DNA from: Eledone cirrhosa
Taxonomy: Eukaryota
Assembly (NCBI GenBank): GCA_964016885.1
Contig: OZ024740.1
Span: 198,338,001-198,402,000, forward strand
Length of the DNA stretch: 64,000 bases
Direction: 5' to 3'
Part shown: one piece after another, positions 13,990 to 28,393 of the stretch
Layout of the letters: every line of letters begins with the position of its first letter
Position numbering within the stretch: the first letter of the stretch is position 1
Translations under genes and position numbers: made by a program
Notes under the pieces: generated by a model
The model's input: only the letters and a program-made list of their open reading frames with translations
What the model was told of the DNA's origin: nothing
Databases searched by the model: none

Positions 13990-15810
13990 CAGTTTAGATG
14001 AACGTCACAATATCATCGCTTGGCCATCCCCAGTGTGTCACTCCCAATGTGAGATATTGCATCAGGATAAGTCAGTTTATAGGATTTGCGGACGACTGAG
14101 TCCAAGTTCCAGAGGTTAAAGGGTGACACTACCTCATTGGTTGGTCTAAGGCAGTGGCCACCAAACAGCACACTTGTTTTAACAACCTGTTAAAACTTGG
14201 AACTCCACCATAGATTTTCTGGAGTGTTTGGTATCCCCTCCAAGATTTTTAACGCGCACTAATAGACATGAGTGTGCCACGTTACGACACTTTTGCTGAC
14301 TTGATGTCGAGGTTCAGTCTTAAGAACCATAAACAAAAATTAGTTCAACCTTTCATTTGAATGTTTTAACCTTAATTTTACCATCAATATTTGATGTACA
14401 TATTTTATTTAGGTGATTACAAGCCGTCAATGATTGTTTTGAAGTCTTTCACCGATATAGAAATGAAGGATCCAAGATATCTATAGTTTAAATCAGGCAT
14501 GGGCAACGTTTTTTGAGAAGCGCTTCACATGAGATATGGCTCATCATCAGGCGGTCCTCATGAGACATGGCTCATCATCAAGCGGGCCAGACGCATTAAT
14601 TTACATTCGTGCCCACATTAAAAAAGGGCGGTAACTCAGGTTGTTTTGACTTGTTTCTTCAGAATTCGTACACGTTGTTTTCCTCGATCGTAAAAATGAT
14701 AGAAAATAAATTACGACTGAAAGGTTGGAGTAAAATAATCAGAAAGACTTCACTTGGGTGACTTAGGCGAGCCATACAGAAAGCTTCGCGGGCCGCAGTT
14801 TGCCCATGGATCGTTTAAATACTTTATTATTTCGTGTCTCAGTTGTGAGGATGGATTAATAGATTGGCAACAATTTATATACTCAGGTTTTTCCTCGTTC
14901 ATATAAAGTCCGACATATTTAACAGTCATCACAAGGGATGTTAATATTGGGCATTCGTAGGTGTTTTACTTATCAAAGTGACAAAATCAATGTCTGTGAG
15001 ATATTGAGCTGGATGATAAGAGTTCAATCTATGTTGAATTTCTAGATATCTCTCATTGTTTTTGCATACAGACATACGTAGAATGCAATCAAAAGCATCA
15101 ATTAAAGAAAAGGAGCCAATGTATCTCCTTGAAGAATACAAGCTTTGATATCTATGGGTTGGATCTTTCCATTTCGGATATTGATTATTGCAGAAATGCT
15201 AGTATACAGGACCTTAATAGCTTGGATTATCTTGAGGAATACTATAGAGAGCAAGGATTTCTAATGCAGTCTCTATCAACAAAATCAACAGCTATGCCGA
15301 AGTCAATGATAAAAAAAAAAAAAAAAAACTTAGTCTAAATTATAATATTTGGTTTCTTCAATTATTGTATTAGCGAAAAACGTTGGCTAAGAGTTGAACA
15401 GCCTGCCCCCAAAATGTTCTGATGTTTTCATTGAAATGGGTAAACTTGAGGAAGGGCACGATTTAATATTAATTTGTTGAAGATTTTGGCTGTAGTGGGT
15501 AGAAAAGATATGCCCCTGTAGTATGTTGACATAGAACAATCTTTTTAGGGCATAGGGATTATTTGATGTTTCCTCCAGATGACAGGGCTTTGTTTATTTT
15601 GTTTGCAAAAGTTAGATATTCAGGAGAGTATTACGAAAGACAGGGTCTTTCCACATGATTGATGGTATGTAATCAGGACCAAATGCTTCTGAGGATTTGG
15701 TCATTTTTAATACTGTTTTAAGTTAATCAAGAATGAGGTCGCTAGTTGAAACAACGAAGGTATCTGATATCGGAATTTTTCGTAATGAGAAGTTAAGGGA
15801 ACTGTTGGCC
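13990..15810 (-). mobile_element. Degenerate RTE-like LINE (related to 5771..6349), interrupted by a hAT MITE
   Basis: Fragmentary minus-strand motifs AFGPD, IIPMP, IDF..VD, YRYLGSF, LLVRVKNL, FGGHC and KLTYPD. Confidence 0.65.
14494..14812. mobile_element. hAT (Charlie-like) MITE
   Basis: Ends CAGGCATGGGCAAC / GCAGTTTGCCCATGGATC. 8-bp TSD GTTTAAAT at 14486..14493 and 14813..14820, matching the nTyTArAn preference. Confidence 0.75.
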
Positions 15811-16609
15811 TTTTTTAGCTAAGATATCGGTAAAATGATCAGTTCAGTTGAATAAACGCTTGTCTGTAAAACCAACTTAAAGTCTAATGCTTGGCTTTCA
15901 GTGCTTACCAGATATATGAGAGATATATTTCTATGCAGCACACATACGTACACACACACACATACATACACACACACGAACACACACACATGTATATACA
16001 TACATGGCATTTCATTGAAGTATTATGGCCATATTTAAATTAAAAGAACCACAATATCAAATGTTGAACCATAAAATACAATCTAAGATGGAAACCGTCA
16101 AGCGGGAATACACAAAATGTGAGTTTGGTAAACTTCAATAACAGCCACTATATACACTTAGCAATGATGTTATGAAAGACAAATATATGAATATGATTTA
16201 TGAAGAGAAAACAAAAAAATGATGCAAACAATACAAACATGATGCAAACAGATTATAAAAGGAAACAGCTGTTAATAAAACAGAAATAATTGAAATAAAA
16301 TTTGAGATTCTGTTACAGAAAGCTACCTCCATCATTAATATCGATGTAACAAATAAAAAAATGAAAATTAACAAAAGTAATATTTAAAAATGAAAATACA
16401 CGAACATTCTCGGAATATATTTTACAGAAGAAAACAAAACAAATCGTCTATTAAATTGTTACACTGATTCTACAAACATTATGAAACTCAGGTGTATGCC
16501 CAAATAACTGGACTAAATCAATATTCATTCTATTGACAAAAAACAGCAACAAAACTATAAGACAAAACGCAATATACAAACAACACATCAGATGTGTAAA
16601 TATGTAATT

Positions 16610-16745
16610 GTTTCTACATTTGGCAGAAGATCTGTAATTACCCCAGTACATTATTGGTACATTATTTTATCGACATTATTTTATCGACCCTGTATGGATG
16701 AAAGGCAATGTTAACTTCGGCAGGATTTGAAATCAGAACGTATAT
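16610..16745 (-). mobile_element. tRNA-derived SINE fragment
   Basis: Contains ATCGACCCTGTATGGATGAAAGGCAA and GGATTTGAAATC, the reverse complement of the SINE core and B box. Confidence 0.6.
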
Positions 16746-17108
16746 GGCAATAACTAGTAAAACATTACCTATCACACTTGTTGCTAAAATTGAAGTCAAA
16801 TAGGATATAAATCTAGTAGGGAAAACAATAAGGGTTTAGAAACCCAAAGTAAACGATTGAGCAGATAATATTCTTAACACACACACAGACACACCCAGAG
16901 ACACACACAGAGACACAGAGAGAGAGACTACTCTTTATCCACCTAACCTTAACTCTTTGACATTAGAGATAGAACAGATATTCTATACCATTTCCTGTCA
17001 GCATGACTTGGCAAGCTATTTAGAACACTAGTTTAACCGCTTTACTTCCCTCCGAAGAAGAGACATTATCTCAAAAATTAAGCGCATTTAAATAAATCTA
17101 AGATAAAA

Positions 17109-17169
17109 GACCTTAAATACAGTGTGTGTGTCTCTGATCAAATCAGAGACACACACTGTATTTAAGGTC
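17109..17169. repeat. Fold-back palindrome next to (TA)n
   Basis: GACCTTAAATACAGTGTGTGTGTCTCTGAT-CAA-ATCAGAGACACACACTGTATTTAAGGTC. Confidence 0.85.
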
Positions 17170-17182
17170 GATTAACGCATAT

Positions 17183-17307
<125 letters not shown>

Positions 17308-18270
17308 TATGGTCACATTAAAATTGTACACTATAGAGTTGGTTTGTACAACTTGAATATTTGTTTTGTCACATAGGATGTATTTGGTTTTAACTTGCTA
17401 GGCGTAGCTACCAAATTCCACTGAAATCTCGTTTCATAGACTTCAATAAATAGGATACGGCACGTGTGATACTGTGTAACTAAATATAGTACATCTGAAA
17501 AACATGTGTGACAGTCACTGATGGAAGACTATTGGTCCCAATTCTGATTGGTCATAGCTAACCTGCAGGAACCAACAAAAACCTTAGATACTTTTAACTA
17601 TATTTTACATTGATTTTCAACTATGAATAAACCTATAACTAACCTTGCTGAAATTTAAAAGTGACTAGTCGGGAAGATGTAAACAGCATGTATAGAAGAA
17701 AAAAAACTTGCGAGAAATTAGTAATATAACGAAATATGGCTTTTGGCACAATATTATATTTAGCAGGTTGCGTTCTCGACAGTATAGTAGTTATTTCTAT
17801 GAAGTGACAAACACGTTTATAACCAGCTATTAGCAGCTAAGCTGCACAAGGTATAGCTTCAATTCGGAACAGATAATGCCACCGATTTATTTTCGGCTTT
17901 CTGCTGCATAAGTAACATTCTAGACTCTGATGCACCTGTTATTTCTACACGAGATACTCACCCCACCCACACATGATTTGGATATTTGTCTGTTTTGCTG
18001 GCGGGGATTTTAGCTTTCCGAACAACGAAGCAGTATGCTCGTGAAGTTAAGCTGTATGTGGGTTATCACATTTCACAGACACGAGTATAATTAACTCAAT
18101 TGTTAAGGAGAATCAGCATGTTATACAATCAGCATGTTTAACAAGGCTGGTCCTTTCAATAACAGGTACAATTAATTTTTGCCCTGTGAGTAAACTTGAG
18201 GAAGATAAACAAGGAGACAATGTACATACGTGAATCTAACTAACGGCTTAACATTAATCTACACTGTCAC

Positions 18271-18351
<81 letters not shown>

Positions 18352-19396
18352 ACACACACACACACACATTCATGCATGCGCATATTTATAGCAGCCATCT
18401 GGTTCAATATTCGATACCACAGCTTCGGGGCATGTGTAACTTTCCCTCACTAAAATTTGTGAATGGATTTTGATAGGGTATAATACAAACATTTTTACAT
18501 GCTGAATCGATAGTATCATGTGAAAAATGAAGGCTCTGGTTAACTATCTTCTGTCTTTAGAACCCTAATTATCTTTGGATTCTAATTGATTTATCACTCA
18601 AAGAAATAAACTAATCGTCAGCTCGACCATATAATACTACTTAGCCAAAATGTATTACCATATGGAGAATTAAATATAATCGGAACCAAACATAAATATT
18701 ATGATTAGCTTTGGCACGAATTGATGTAAATATATACGAGACATTCTTAAATATATGTCATATCATCTTTCGGTGTCGACGGAGATAATTTTGTTGTTTG
18801 ATTAACTGAACTCCCAACTAGTGAATTAATGCGTAAGTAGTATACTACTAAACATGTACTATTAACATAATTCCATCACCGGATCACTGACACAATATGT
18901 ATCATACTGTTACCATAAATATAAAACGATAAAATAAATATCGACAGGCGCAATTACTGCCGTCACCGTGAACTCCTTCATATTTTGTGTCTATCGCCGC
19001 AGTTCAATGATCGATATTTGTGCGAAGGCCTGTGCCTCCATCGGTTTCGACGATGAGATTTCCAGTTGTTCCATCATCAGAGCAGCCATCCCCTTAAATT
19101 GTCATAGAAATTACTAATCATTCAACACAAACTTGTTTTCTTTACGTAATATTCAGGGTGATTCATTTTGGCAAAAGGTGTGACAATGCTGCATTTTGAA
19201 TTACTTGCACAGTCCCTGTGATAGGATTTCACACAGGTTTCGTCAACCCAAATTCACTCCCAAGGCACAACTCCACCGAGTTGATTTTTGCCTAAGATGC
19301 CACATACTGAAATAAAACCACGAACATTTGATAATGAACCTGTCATTTTAACCACTAATATCTTTGATATAAGAGATAGTGGGTGGGATATACACG

Positions 19397-19409
<13 letters not shown>

Positions 19410-19427
<18 letters not shown>

Positions 19428-19444
19428 GTATATATATATGTATA

Positions 19445-19489
<45 letters not shown>

Positions 19490-19508
19490 GTATATATATA
19501 TATATACG

Positions 19509-19591
<83 letters not shown>

Positions 19592-19608
19592 GTATATATA
19601 TATATACG

Positions 19609-19673
<65 letters not shown>

Positions 19674-19695
19674 GTATATATATATATGTATATAT

Positions 19696-19775
<80 letters not shown>
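19410..19775. repeat. (TA)n/(TATG) microsatellite
   Basis: Direct observation. Confidence 0.95.
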
Positions 19776-19777
<2 letters not shown>

Positions 19778-20290
19778 CTTTGATAACTTTGATAGGATTT
19801 GTACACCATGGCCCACTCAAGAAGGGACATTTGGTTTGCGGAGATATATCAAGGTGTAGGGATTTCTTGAAGGAATTTGTCAAAAGATTTCTTGAGCTTC
19901 ATTGGGTCTGTTTCTGTTTTAATGCGTTTGGGTCTAATGTTGAAGAGAGCGGGGCCAATTGAGGTGAAATAATTGTGCCATATTGTTGTCATGATTTTTG
20001 TTTTGGGTGGATAGCACGGGGCCCAAGCCTTGGGGTTAGTTTAAAGGTGTTGTCAACATCATTTGGGACAATGGAATATTTTCCACATCATGCAGATAAT
20101 GTAGCGCTTACGGCGGTGTTGGAGAGAATAACATTTTTCTAGTCGACCCCAATAGCTTGACATGAAATCTATGTTTTTCGTGATTGAACTTTGAGGAGCT
20201 TCAATTTTCATAATACTTTGATTCGTGTGGAGGGACCACAGTGGACAAGAGTATTCAACTAAGGTCATCACTAAGAGAGAAAGAGAAAAA
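19775..20290 (-). mobile_element. 5'-truncated CR1/L2-group LINE
   Basis: VEYSCPLWS...IEAPQ...YWGRLE..YSLQHRRKRY. 3' tail (TCAAAGTTA)2 runs into (TA)n. Confidence 0.75.
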
Positions 20291-20388
20291 ACTACAGACA
20301 CAAATGTGAACTTTTCTCTCCATATATGTATGTAAAAGATTTTTTCCCATATTCTTATTAACATGCAATTTAATTTCATTATACACTT

Positions 20389-20431
20389 CCGTCGCATGAA
20401 GAAGCCTATAAGCTGAAACCGGTACGAACGG
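20389..20431 (+). ncRNA. Type I hammerhead motif with altered core
   Basis: CCGTCG-CATGAAGA-AGC CTATAA GCT-GAAA-CCGG-TA-CGAACGG. Palindromic stem III ACCGGT; the core reads CATGA instead of CTGA. Confidence 0.55.
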
Positions 20432-20692
20432 TGCGGAAATTTCAATTACCTCTGTAATGACGTATTATCTTCGTTTTTTCCGTTCTCTGTCAGGGAACGT
20501 TTCCACGTACCAAAGTATCGTCTTCCTGTCTTCCATCTGTTGCAACATTTTTTGAAATATTTACTTCTGCGTTCACAGATTGATTTTTTTAGTTGAGAAG
20601 ATCCCGTTAAGGGTGAAAGCAGCAATTCTTTGCTTAAACTTTAATCTGTTATTTTACTAAATAAATAAATAAATATATATATATATATATAT

Positions 20693-20883
20693 AATGAAGG
20701 AGGTGTGGTAAAGAACCAGATGGACCATAACGCACCATAGTACTCAATACTTAGGGTAGTAGAGTGGGTAATAGGAACATGTTTCATCCCGACGGCAGAG
20801 CTCAAGCCGTTTCAACGGCTATTTATGGCGTCTAGAATAGCCGTCGAAACGGCTTGACCTCTGCCGTCGGGGTGAAACATTTT

Positions 20884-20888
<5 letters not shown>
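20693..20888. repeat. Second copy of the fold-back repeat family
   Basis: Palindrome 20771..20888, with the same pivot as 12098..12205. Confidence 0.85.
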
Positions 20889-20971
<83 letters not shown>

Positions 20972-21029
20972 CAGAGTGAGAGTAAGAGTGAGTCAGTAGG
21001 GGAAGAAATATATATGGAGGTAGAGTCGA

Positions 21030-21442
21030 CACTAGTACTGGACTGGTATATTGTCTATTAACCTCAAATCGATGAAAGACCAAACTTTATTACGGCTTGG
21101 ATTTAGAGATGAGAGAGCTGGAACGATACGTGCAACACCTTTTCTCCGATGTTCTACCGAGTCTGCCAATTCACGGCATCATGTGGATAAAATACATTAT
21201 ATATTCCAAACAACTAAAAATCCACTTCCATACTAATTTCTAAACTTTCCATCGCATCACGTAATACTTAGGTTCTTACTAAATATAATCCCAGGGGTAC
21301 CAATAAAGCTCTCCTACAACTAGATAAATCAGTATCTATTGTAATATTCAGGAAGATTTTGCAGTAAGTAATATCTGTACGAGATGGTCGTAAAGTAAGA
21401 AGATATTTGGTTTTACTATTACAACCGAAGTAACGTAACAGA
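21030..21442 (+). mobile_element. Degenerate PLE 3' end with a decayed hammerhead
   Basis: KDQTLLRLG...TPFLRC...YIFQ resembles a PLE GIY-YIG tail. At 21374..21442: TCTGT..GGTCGTAA/TTACAACC-GAAG..TA-ACAGA. Confidence 0.4.
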
Positions 21443-22139
21443 GTTATAATGTATTTATATATTTATGGCAGTTACGACAGAAACGTAATTTAATTTTTAT
21501 GTAACTTAAGATTTATGGTTAGAAATTTCAAACGAATTTTCAAGTTTATATTACAACGAAGCATTCCCTCTGAGACAGGGTATGTGTTGGAATGAGAATT
21601 CAATAGTTTTGTTATAAGTTTTTCCACCATACATCACTGTTAATGCCTATGTATGAAATCATACACATACATCGATAAAAACAATATGAATGCAACGGTT
21701 ATCCAGCTAGTCATCGACAGTAATGGAATAGCTATGTAAATTCACGTAGCATATGAAATATAAAGAAAACATGAAGAACAATTGTATGTAGTCAATATAA
21801 TTTGATTCTGATCTAGAAGCAGAAGAGAATCCAATGTTTCTGACAGAGATACTGTGTCAAGAAAATTAAAAGAGAAGAAACGAAAAGTATTTAGGACAAA
21901 ATAGTTTGAATTTTAGTGGGGTAGCTTTGTGAATGGCAGACTATAAGTAGATATTATGGAAATCCGGCGAACGCTGGTTTGCAGCCAAAAGAGCAAACGC
22001 TGAGGCAAGCACAATTAATATAGGAAGGTGGATGGAAATGTATGTGTATGTATATTATGAATGTATGTATCTGCGTAAGGATGTCTGTGTTAACATATTA
22101 TGGTATGTATAAGCGTATGTGTATTGAGAAATAAATGTA

Positions 22140-23280
22140 AATGTTGTTAAAACTTTTGTCTAGTCCGCATTGATCCTGAGACCATAAATTCATGTAAAGC
22201 GGACACTGTTATGCAATATATCTGTTGCTTCCACGTCATTTTTGGTGGAAATGTCGCTCTCATTGGTAAACAAGAGGTTGGTCACAGATTATTTTATGGC
22301 GTCAAATTGTACACTGCTTCGTCCTTCGAAAGCTTGCCTGATGATGGTGTAAATGATAACATTCAACAGTAGAGTTGAGACCACATCTCCTTGTACATCT
22401 ATCCTGGTGGCAAATTCCTTGGAGAGGTCATTTCTGATCCGGACCAGGCTTTTCGAGTCAACATAGGTTGAGTGTAGGAGAGTAATGATCTGAGGCACTT
22501 GTTCCATTTCCAATGATCTCATTAGGCTTATATGCTATTTTTAATCTTGATGGCATACAGATGAAGCAGATCATGGAGTTCAAATATCTCGGCTCATTGG
22601 TTGCAGAGAAAAAAGTGGCATCCCGAACTGAGATCAACTGTCGAATCGGGTCTGCGACTTCTGCGCTTTGATCTCTTCGATGGCGTGTCTGTAAAAAGCT
22701 TCATATCTCTCTAAGTACCATGATCCATCTTTTCCGCACGCTGGTCCTATCTTTCACCCTCTTTAGTGCTGCGACATGGACCGGCCTCAAAGAAGACCTG
22801 AACAATCTCAAAGTGTTCCAAATGCGATTTCTTCCTCACATTCTTTGTTTCTCTATGCGAAATAATCTCAAACAACAACATACGAGAACAATGCCAGTAG
22901 CAGCTGATCATTGAAACGAAATCCATAAATCCAGTCAACAGTGGTCTGGCCACACCAACTTTTTCAGGACAGCGACCCATACACTGGAATATCCAGCACA
23001 GCGCACTGAATAAGACATGAAGGAAACAAATGGAGGAGGATCTGAAATCGCATCGCCTCCACCTCAACTGGGCTAAGGGCAGCGCCATGGATACAAAAGC
23101 ATGGACGAACACCATCATCGGAGCTCATCACCCAGCGGCACCCACAGCAGTGTAGAGATTGAGAGAACAGCCTCCCACAATCGACAGCTAGGGATAGAAA
23201 AAGAAGAAGAAGAAGAAGAAGGAGAAGAAGAAGAAGAAGACGAAGACGAAGAAGAAGAAGAAGAAGAAGAAGAAGAAGAA
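22140..23280 (+). mobile_element. RTE-like LINE fragment with inverted 5' part and (GAA)n tail
   Basis: 22140..22530 on minus encodes RT (QGDVVSTLLLN...GLRINAD.TKV). 22545..23190 on plus continues with FKYLGS..EINCRIG..AATWT. (GAA)n at 23200..23280. Confidence 0.7.
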
Positions 23281-23916
23281 ATGTAGATGTTGGTGATATG
23301 AAGAGAATGCAGAATAATGTTTGTGTGTGTGTCAGTGTTGATGTGTAGTGTTGATCAGAAGGCCATGCAGATTGTGTTCCTTCTTTTCTTGGGGGGGGGG
23401 GGGGTATATGATGTTCCAGAAACATTTGGATCTAGTTCAAGGAAGCACCTGTTCCGTCGGAGATGTGCTTGATAGGATACACAGATAATAATGGGACGGT
23501 CACAACGCAGAAGAGTTCAGGTGCTGCAAATTATGCATGTGGGAGGGCGGACAGCGTCAACTACTGTTTGGGAGTAACCGACTTGGGGCATATAACCCCT
23601 ACCTCCACATAACGTGATTATGGAGAAAGCCAAGTGTTAAGGCATTAGAAGAATGGAGAGTGAGGAAAGGATAGTAGGAAAGTTATGAGTGGAATGGATG
23701 GAGTTGACATCACACACACCAACTAACACACATCGATAAGTTGGTTAGTATATCATTGAAAACTTTTTAAATCCATGAGCTCAGCTGGTTCGGCTGATTG
23801 GTCATAAAAGAAAAAATACATGAACACCTATTAGTATTATAGAATATGCTGAATAGATTGAAATGTGCACCACATGAATGTAATAATAATACTAATAATA
23901 ATAATAATAAGAAGAA

Positions 23917-25865
23917 GAAAAATGTTTAGAGATTTTCAAAATATCCCCCGTTGTCAGGAGGTTTTTGTCATTCAGTATGAAGACATGGAGAACGACACTC
24001 CTTTTGAATAGTGAAACAAAATCACTGGAAGCTGGAGAAGTTAATATTAATTGTGGAATTTTTCAGGGTGTCTCTTTATCACCGCTTTTATTCTGCATCG
24101 CACTTATACCATTAAGTAAAATGCTCAATGAAACAAAACATGGATATAGAGTCTATGACAAAACCATTAATCACCTGTTCTACATGGATGACCTGAAACT
24201 ATTTGCAAAAAATGATGAACAATTGCAAGGGCTATTATCCACTGTGAAGCAGTTCAGTGATGACATTAAAATGGAGTTTGGACTGGATAAATGCGCCAAA
24301 GCAACGTTCACCAGAGGAAAGCTGCTGAAGAGTTCAGACATTAATCTTGATCGGGGGAACGTGATAAAAGAGCTTGATCAAGAAAAAACTTACAAATATC
24401 TAGGTATTTGTGAAGGAGACGGAATCAAGCACTCGACAATGAGGGAAAGGATAAGGAAGGAATGTTACCGCAGAGTCAGAGCAATCTTAAGAACGGAATT
24501 GAATGCAAGGAATAGGATCGATGCCATAAACACGCTTGCCATACCAGTAGTAACCTACAGTTACAATGTCATCAACTGGTCAAGCACAGAGATCCGTAGG
24601 CTCGATACAAAAATCCGAAAATTCTTAACCATGCACAGAATGCATCACCCTAAGGCAGACATAGATAGAATATATCTCCCTAGGAAAGAAGGAGGACGTG
24701 GGTTAATCCAGTTAGACATTGCGTTGAAAACTGCAACAATTGGATTATCCACATATCTCAGGGAATCACATGATTAGATGATCAAACTCGTTTTGAAACA
24801 CGAAAGCACCAAAATATCATATTCCATTACAAAAGATGCACACAGATACAGTAATGGACTACAAATTTCAGAGGTCCCATTTACTGCTGAAATGGAAAAC
24901 ACAGAAAAAGCAAAGTAGGTAAAAGTAACTGCAAAGAAAGAACTGCTACAGAAACTGGCTAAGAAATGGCAAGAAAAGCCTCTGTATGGAAAATACCCAG
25001 CTAACAATCCTGATGTTGACAAAACTTTAACCCATCAGTGTTTGGCATCCTCTGGACTGAAATCGGAGACTGAAGGACTGATTATATCGGCACAAGATCA
25101 GTGTCTGCCAACAAAAAATTACCAAGCCAACATAATAAAAAATGGGTGCAGCCCATTATGCCGTGTATGCAAAAAACATCCAGAGACCATTGACCATATA
25201 ATTTCAATGTGCAGTCCTATAGCTCCAACCGAATACCTAAACAGGCATGACAGAGCTGCACAATACATACATTAGATAATGTGTAAGCATTTTGACCTGC
25301 CCCATCAAAAGAATTGGTGGGAGCATCAACCACCTCCCATACTTGAAAAAGATCACATCTCAATCTTGTGGAACTTTAGCATCCAAACAGACCGAAAAAT
25401 AGATGCAAATAGACCTGATATAATATTGAAGGACTTTCAAAGGAGGGTATACCTGCTAATTGATATGTCTGTTCCAATAGACAAGAATGTATCTATAAAA
25501 ACATTTGAAAAATTGAGCAAGTATAAGGACCTGGAGATAGAAATTGGAAAAATGTGGAAATTGAGAACTAAAACAATACCAGTGGTTGTAGGCGCTCTGG
25601 GAATGATACCTAAGGGGTCTAACGACTACTTATCGCAAATCCCAGGAAACTCGCGTATAGGAGAAATACAAAAGATAGTACTAATGGGAACTGCCCATAT
25701 ACTAAGGAAGATCCTGTCAATATAAGTACATCACAAGTCTAAACACTAAGGATGCATGTGTGAATATGTATGTTCTTTCTTGAACATGGCGGACCTTGTT
25801 GTCTCTTGAGGTCACTGGTTGTGACTTGGTGATAACTCGTATAAACATAAAGCAAGATAAATGCA
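23917..25865 (+). mobile_element. 5'-truncated R4/Dong-clade non-LTR retrotransposon, family A (RT, CCHC, RLE)
   Basis: GIFQGVSLSPLLF, HLFYMDDLKLF, CRVC..ETIDHIISMC, RHD, NRPDI, IDMSVP, K..KYKDL. Internal stops. (TAA)n on both sides. Confidence 0.9.
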
Positions 25866-25896
25866 AATAATAATAATAATAATAATAAATAATAAT

Positions 25897-26289
25897 AATA
25901 GACAAGAATGTATCTATAAAAACATTTGAAAAATTGAGCAAGTATAAGGACCTGTAGATAGAAATTGGAAAAATGTGGAAATTGAGAACTAAAACAATAC
26001 CAGTGGTTGTAGGCGCTCTGGGAATGATACCTAAGGGGTCTAATGATTACTTATCGCAAATCCCAGGAAACCCGCGTATAGGAGAAATACAAAAGATAGT
26101 ACTAATGGGAACTACCCATATACTAAGGAAGATCCTGTCAATATAAGTACATCACAAGTCTAAACACTAAAGATGCATGTGTGAGTATGTATGTTCTTTC
26201 TTGAACATGGCGGACCTTGTTGTCTCTTGAGGTCACTGCTTGTGACTTGGTGATAACTCGTATTAACATAAAGCAAGATAAATGCAGCT

Positions 26290-26290
<1 letters not shown>
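25897..26290 (+). mobile_element. Second, shorter 3' copy of Dong family A
   Basis: Near-identical to about 25477..25865; sits between (TAA)n runs. Confidence 0.9.
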
Positions 26291-26331
<41 letters not shown>

Positions 26332-26332
<1 letters not shown>

Positions 26333-28083
26333 GGGTGGCAGATAACATCAGACAGTTGCTGGGCAGGAGTATGGGGTCATGGGAGACAGAGTTGACATCA
26401 ACTGGAGTATCCTTGGGAAGCGTGAAGATCAAGAGAGGTATCTTCCAGGGAGATAGCCTGTCCCCTCTGTTGTTTGTCCTTGCCCTGATGCCCTTGACCA
26501 TTATGCTGCGAAAAGTGAGAGCAGGATACAAGTTGGGAAGGGGAGAGCTTACCATCAATCACCTCCTCTTCATGGACGATCTTAAGCTCTTCGGGAAAAG
26601 TGAGAAGGAGTTGGATGTGCTTGTTGACACTGTCCGTATTTTCAGCAGTGATATATGTATGCAGTTTGGTATTGGTAAATGTGGAGTCATTGTGATGAAG
26701 AGGGGTAGGTTGAGCAGAAGTAACGGGATCCAGATACCAACAGGTGAGATGATAAAGGAAATTGACTCTGAGGAAGGATACAAGTATTTGGGCGTTCTGG
26801 AGGCTGATGGCATAAAGAACAAAAACATGAAGGAATTGTTAAGAACTGAATACAATCGGAGAGTAAGGAGCGTATTGAAGTCACATCTGAACAGCAGAAA
26901 TGCCATAAGCGCAGTAAATTCCCGAGCTGTGTCTATTATTAGGTACAGTGCGGGAATTCTGAGATGGAATGTTGCTGAACAAAAAGAAATGGATAGGAAG
27001 ACTAGGAAGCTATTGACTATCTACAACATGTTCCACAAGAGGAGTGATGTCGATAGACTCTACCTAAGGAGATCTGAGGGTGGAAGAGGTCTTATCAGCA
27101 TAGAGGACTGTGTTCAGATGGAGAAAAACAACCTATACAAATACGTGACCTATAGTAAGGAGCCAATGCTCAGAACTGTACTGAAGGAGGGGACAGTAGG
27201 CCAGGGGATGTCCAAGGAGGAAATAACATCAAGGAGGAAGAGCAGCCTTAAGGGAAAATCCCTTCATAGTACCTTCTTTGAGAAAACTGAATTTAGAGAT
27301 CTACAGACATGGAACTGGTTGAGAAGAGGAGACCTCAAAAAGGCTACAGAAGGAATGCTAATGGCTGCGCAGGAGCAGGCCCTCAAAACGAAGTGGTTGA
27401 AGCACCATATTAACAAGGAGGAGGCTAGCCCACTGTGCAGGATCTGTGGAGAGAGAGAGGAGACTGTGGCTCACATTGTGTCCGAGAGTAAACACCTAGC
27501 CCAGACCCACTATAAGGGCTGGAGACACGATGTGATTGGCAGGGTGATCCACTGGCACCTGTGCAAAGTAAACAATCTACCACATTCTGAGAAATGGTAT
27601 GAGCATAGGCCAGAGGCGGTGATGGAGAACAGTCAGGTGAAGGTGCTGTGGGATTTTAGGATACAGACGGACAAAAAACTGGAACACAATAGACCTGACC
27701 TGGTGGTTATGGACAAAGAAAAAAGATCGTGCCTGATTGTGGATGTGGCCTGCCCGTTCGACACGAGAGTGCAAGAGAAGGAGAGGGAGAAAATTAACCG
27801 ATACCAGGACCTAAAGTGGGAGGTGAAAAGGATTTGGAACTGCCATGAAGTCAAAGTGATCCCGATTGTCATAGGCGCACTGGGGACTATCTCCAAAGGT
27901 TTCCAGGGATGGTTAAAGAAAATCGGCCCCTTCACGCTTTTTGGAACGCTTCAAAAGGCATGCTTGCTTGGAACAGCAAGAACCCTCCGATACGTCCTGA
28001 ATATCTGAGGCTGCAGGTAGTGGCTTGATATTCAATCCAACGGACTTTCCAGTTAACCAACATCAATGACTGAGATTCAAGGA
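26332..28083 (+). mobile_element. 5'-truncated R4/Dong-clade retrotransposon, family B
   Basis: Open 557-aa ORF 26335..28008 with GIFQGDSLSPLLF, FMDDLKLF, CRIC..HIVSES (last Cys lost), RHD, NRPDL and DVACP. (TAA)n on both sides. Confidence 0.92.
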
Positions 28084-28094
28084 ATAACAATAAC

Positions 28095-28132
<38 letters not shown>

Positions 28133-28393
28133 TTTCTTTATTAACCACAAGGGTTTACATAAAGTAGACATTAAGGACAGTGCAGGACAATGCAGGACGG
28201 TACAAATGGGCATTTCTGCGTGTAAAAAAAACAAAAACAGAGGATGTAACAAAAATAACAATGAAAATAACAATGAAAAATTCCCCAATAGGGGGGAGAC
28301 TTCGGAGGGACATTTGTGGAGAAAGCCCAGTAAAAAGCCACAATGACCCTGACCACCAAGGCAAGTGCCCTCTCCCAGTTTTCCACCTTTAGT

